DNA of 64,000 nucleotides from an uncultured Acidobacteriota bacterium (lineage in GTDB: Bacteria; Acidobacteriota; Thermoanaerobaculia; UBA5066; Gp7-AA6): the NCBI GenBank assembly GCA_963832145.1, contig CAWHTA010000002.1, forward strand, positions 675,224-739,223, given 5' to 3'. This document shows positions 62,717 through 64,000 of the stretch, one piece after another. Numbering within the stretch: the first letter of the stretch is position 1; every line of letters begins with the position of its first letter. Below the pieces are notes generated by a model that made no database searches, was not told where the DNA came from, and saw only the letters and a list, made by a program, of their open reading frames with translations. A program made the translations under genes and the position numbers.

Positions 62717-64000
62717 CGGATCTCGCTCGCATCGAGCCGCGCCTCGCGGTGAGCTCGATAGATGGGGGACTCTTTCCGGGCCGCGAGCCACTCGCGCCCG
62801 GCTGCGACCTCCCGCTCCGCGAGCGCGATCTGGGCGTCGACGGCTTCGGGGGCCGGCCCGCCCGGGGAGCGGCGCGAGCGCACCGAGCTTTCGGCGGTCA
62901 GGAAGCGGGCGACATCGTCTCCCGCATCGGGGCAACAGGACCGGAGGACCTCCCGGTCGAGGTCCGCGATCCCGACGCCGCGGCGGTCCGCTTCCCGGAC
63001 GGCGCGCCCCGCCTGCTCGTGCGCCGTGCGGAACGGGACGCCCTTTCCGACGAGGTGATCCGCGAGATCGGTCGCCGTCGAGTGCCCGGCGACGAGCGCC
63101 GCCGAGAGCCGCTCGCGATCGAACGTCAACCCGCCCGAGATTCGACGCGTGGCGTCGAGGCAGCCGCGCACCGTCTCGAGCGCGTCGAAAATCGCTTCCT
63201 TGTCCTCCTGGAGGTCGCTGTCGTAGGAGAGCGGCGTCCCCTTGAGCACGACGAGGAGCGCCGTCAGGTCTCCGATGACGCGGCCCGCTTTCCCGCGCAC
63301 CAGCTCCGCCGGCTCCGGGTTCTTCTTCTGCGGCATGAGGCTCGACCCCTTGGACACGGAGTCCGCGAGCGAAACGAAGCCGAACTCCGAAGAGCTCCAC
63401 AGGACGACCTCCTCGGCCCACCGGGAGAGGTGAACGGCCGTCAGGGCGCACGCGAATGCGGCCTCGAGGGCGTAGTCCCGGTCGGCCACCGCGTGGATGC
63501 TGTTCACGAAGACGTCTTCGAAGCCGAGGAGCGCGGCCGACCGGCGGGGATCGATCGGGTGCGGCGAGCCGGCGAGCGCGCCGGCGCCGAGCGGCGACAC
63601 CCCGGCGGATCGGTGAGCGGTCTCGAAGCGCCGGCGGTCCGCCGCCAGCGACCAGAAGTGCGCGAGGAGATGGTGCGCGAGCGAGACCGGCTGTCCGCGC
63701 TGGAGGTGCGTGTAACCGGGCATCCACGTCTCGCGGTGATCCCTCGCGGCCGCGAGCCAGGCCTCCTCGAGGAGGACGAGCGCCTCGACCTCCCGTTCGA
63801 TCTCCTCCCGGACGAAGAGCCGCAGCGCCGTGGAAGTCTGGTCGTTCCGGCTCCGCGCGGTTGCGAGCCGTCCGGCGTTCGGTCCGATGCGCTCGTCCAG
63901 GTTCCGCTCGATCCAGGAGTGAACGTCCTCGTCGTTCCCGTCGACGGCCAGCCGTCCGGATTCGACGTCGGCGAGAAGCGCGGAGAGGCCGGCGAGGATC
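62713..64000 (-). CDS. argH: argininosuccinate lyase (partial; N-terminus beyond window end)
   Basis: Signature 'GSSLMPQKKNP'. The frame stays open upstream of the track Met (63723) to position 64000: ...RSRNDQTSTALRLFVREEIE... Confidence 0.93.
   Translation of the reverse strand, partial: ILAGLSALLADVESGRLAVDGNDEDVHSWIERNLDERIGPNAGRLATARSRNDQTSTALRLFVREEIEREVEALVLLEEAWLAAARDHRETWMPGYTHLQRGQPVSLAHHLLAHFWSLAADRRRFETAHRSAGVSPLGAGALAGSPHPIDPRRSAALLGFEDVFVNSIHAVADRDYALEAAFACALTAVHLSRWAEEVVLWSSSEFGFVSLADSVSKGSSLMPQKKNPEPAELVRGKAGRVIGDLTALLVVLKGTPLSYDSDLQEDKEAIFDALETVRGCLDATRRISGGLTFDRERLSAALVAGHSTATDLADHLVGKGVPFRTAHEQAGRAVREADRRGVGIADLDREVLRSCCPDAGDDVARFLTAESSVRSRRSPGGPAPEAVDAQIALAEREVAAGREWLAARKESPIYRAHREARLDASEIR

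Overview
A visibly GC-rich chromosomal segment (GC not computed) from a diderm bacterium. Gene content and repeat types suggest Acidobacteriota or a similar group, but that is inference only. The window is mostly housekeeping. On the minus strand: rimP-nusA-infB-DUF503-rbfA-truB-rpsO-pnp. On the plus strand: radC, metG-tatD-metallopeptidase, two tRNA-Val genes, thrS-infC-rpmI-rplT-pheS-pheT-zapB-like-zapA-rny-ymdB-like, and xseA-xseB-ispA-(two MDR dehydrogenases)-tlyA-nadK-tamB-bamA. At the right edge are argH-argR (minus strand). At the left edge is a TonB-dependent receptor, and both edge genes run off the window. Envelope and glycan genes are scattered throughout: GT4, GT2, an O-antigen-ligase family protein, and a GtrB-like GT2 with a YfhO-like protein and a methyltransferase. 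I saw no integrase, transposase, phage, CRISPR or recognisable defence genes.

Main second-look items:
1. A Bcp-type peroxiredoxin whose peroxidatic Cys codon is an in-frame TGA followed by a SECIS-like hairpin, making it a candidate selenoprotein.
2. A family of 7-nt-periodic 'CTGA' heptad arrays, mostly hairpins with 31-nt arms, that place TGA stops in all three frames and end 1-8 nt before start codons lacking a Shine-Dalgarno sequence.
3. A small secreted protein with an IPTL-CTERM-like sorting tail.
4. Two further repeat families, one of them inserted in frame as a tandem duplication inside the O-antigen-ligase gene.
5. Three frameshifted genes (pheT, an MDR dehydrogenase, tlyA), all at short G/C runs and most simply explained as assembly errors.
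6. infC with a probable non-AUG (ATC) start.
7. A candidate 6S-like RNA downstream of zapA.
8. A terminator hairpin in the rimP-nusA leader.

Many long ORFs in the supplied track are antisense or off-frame artefacts of the high GC content.
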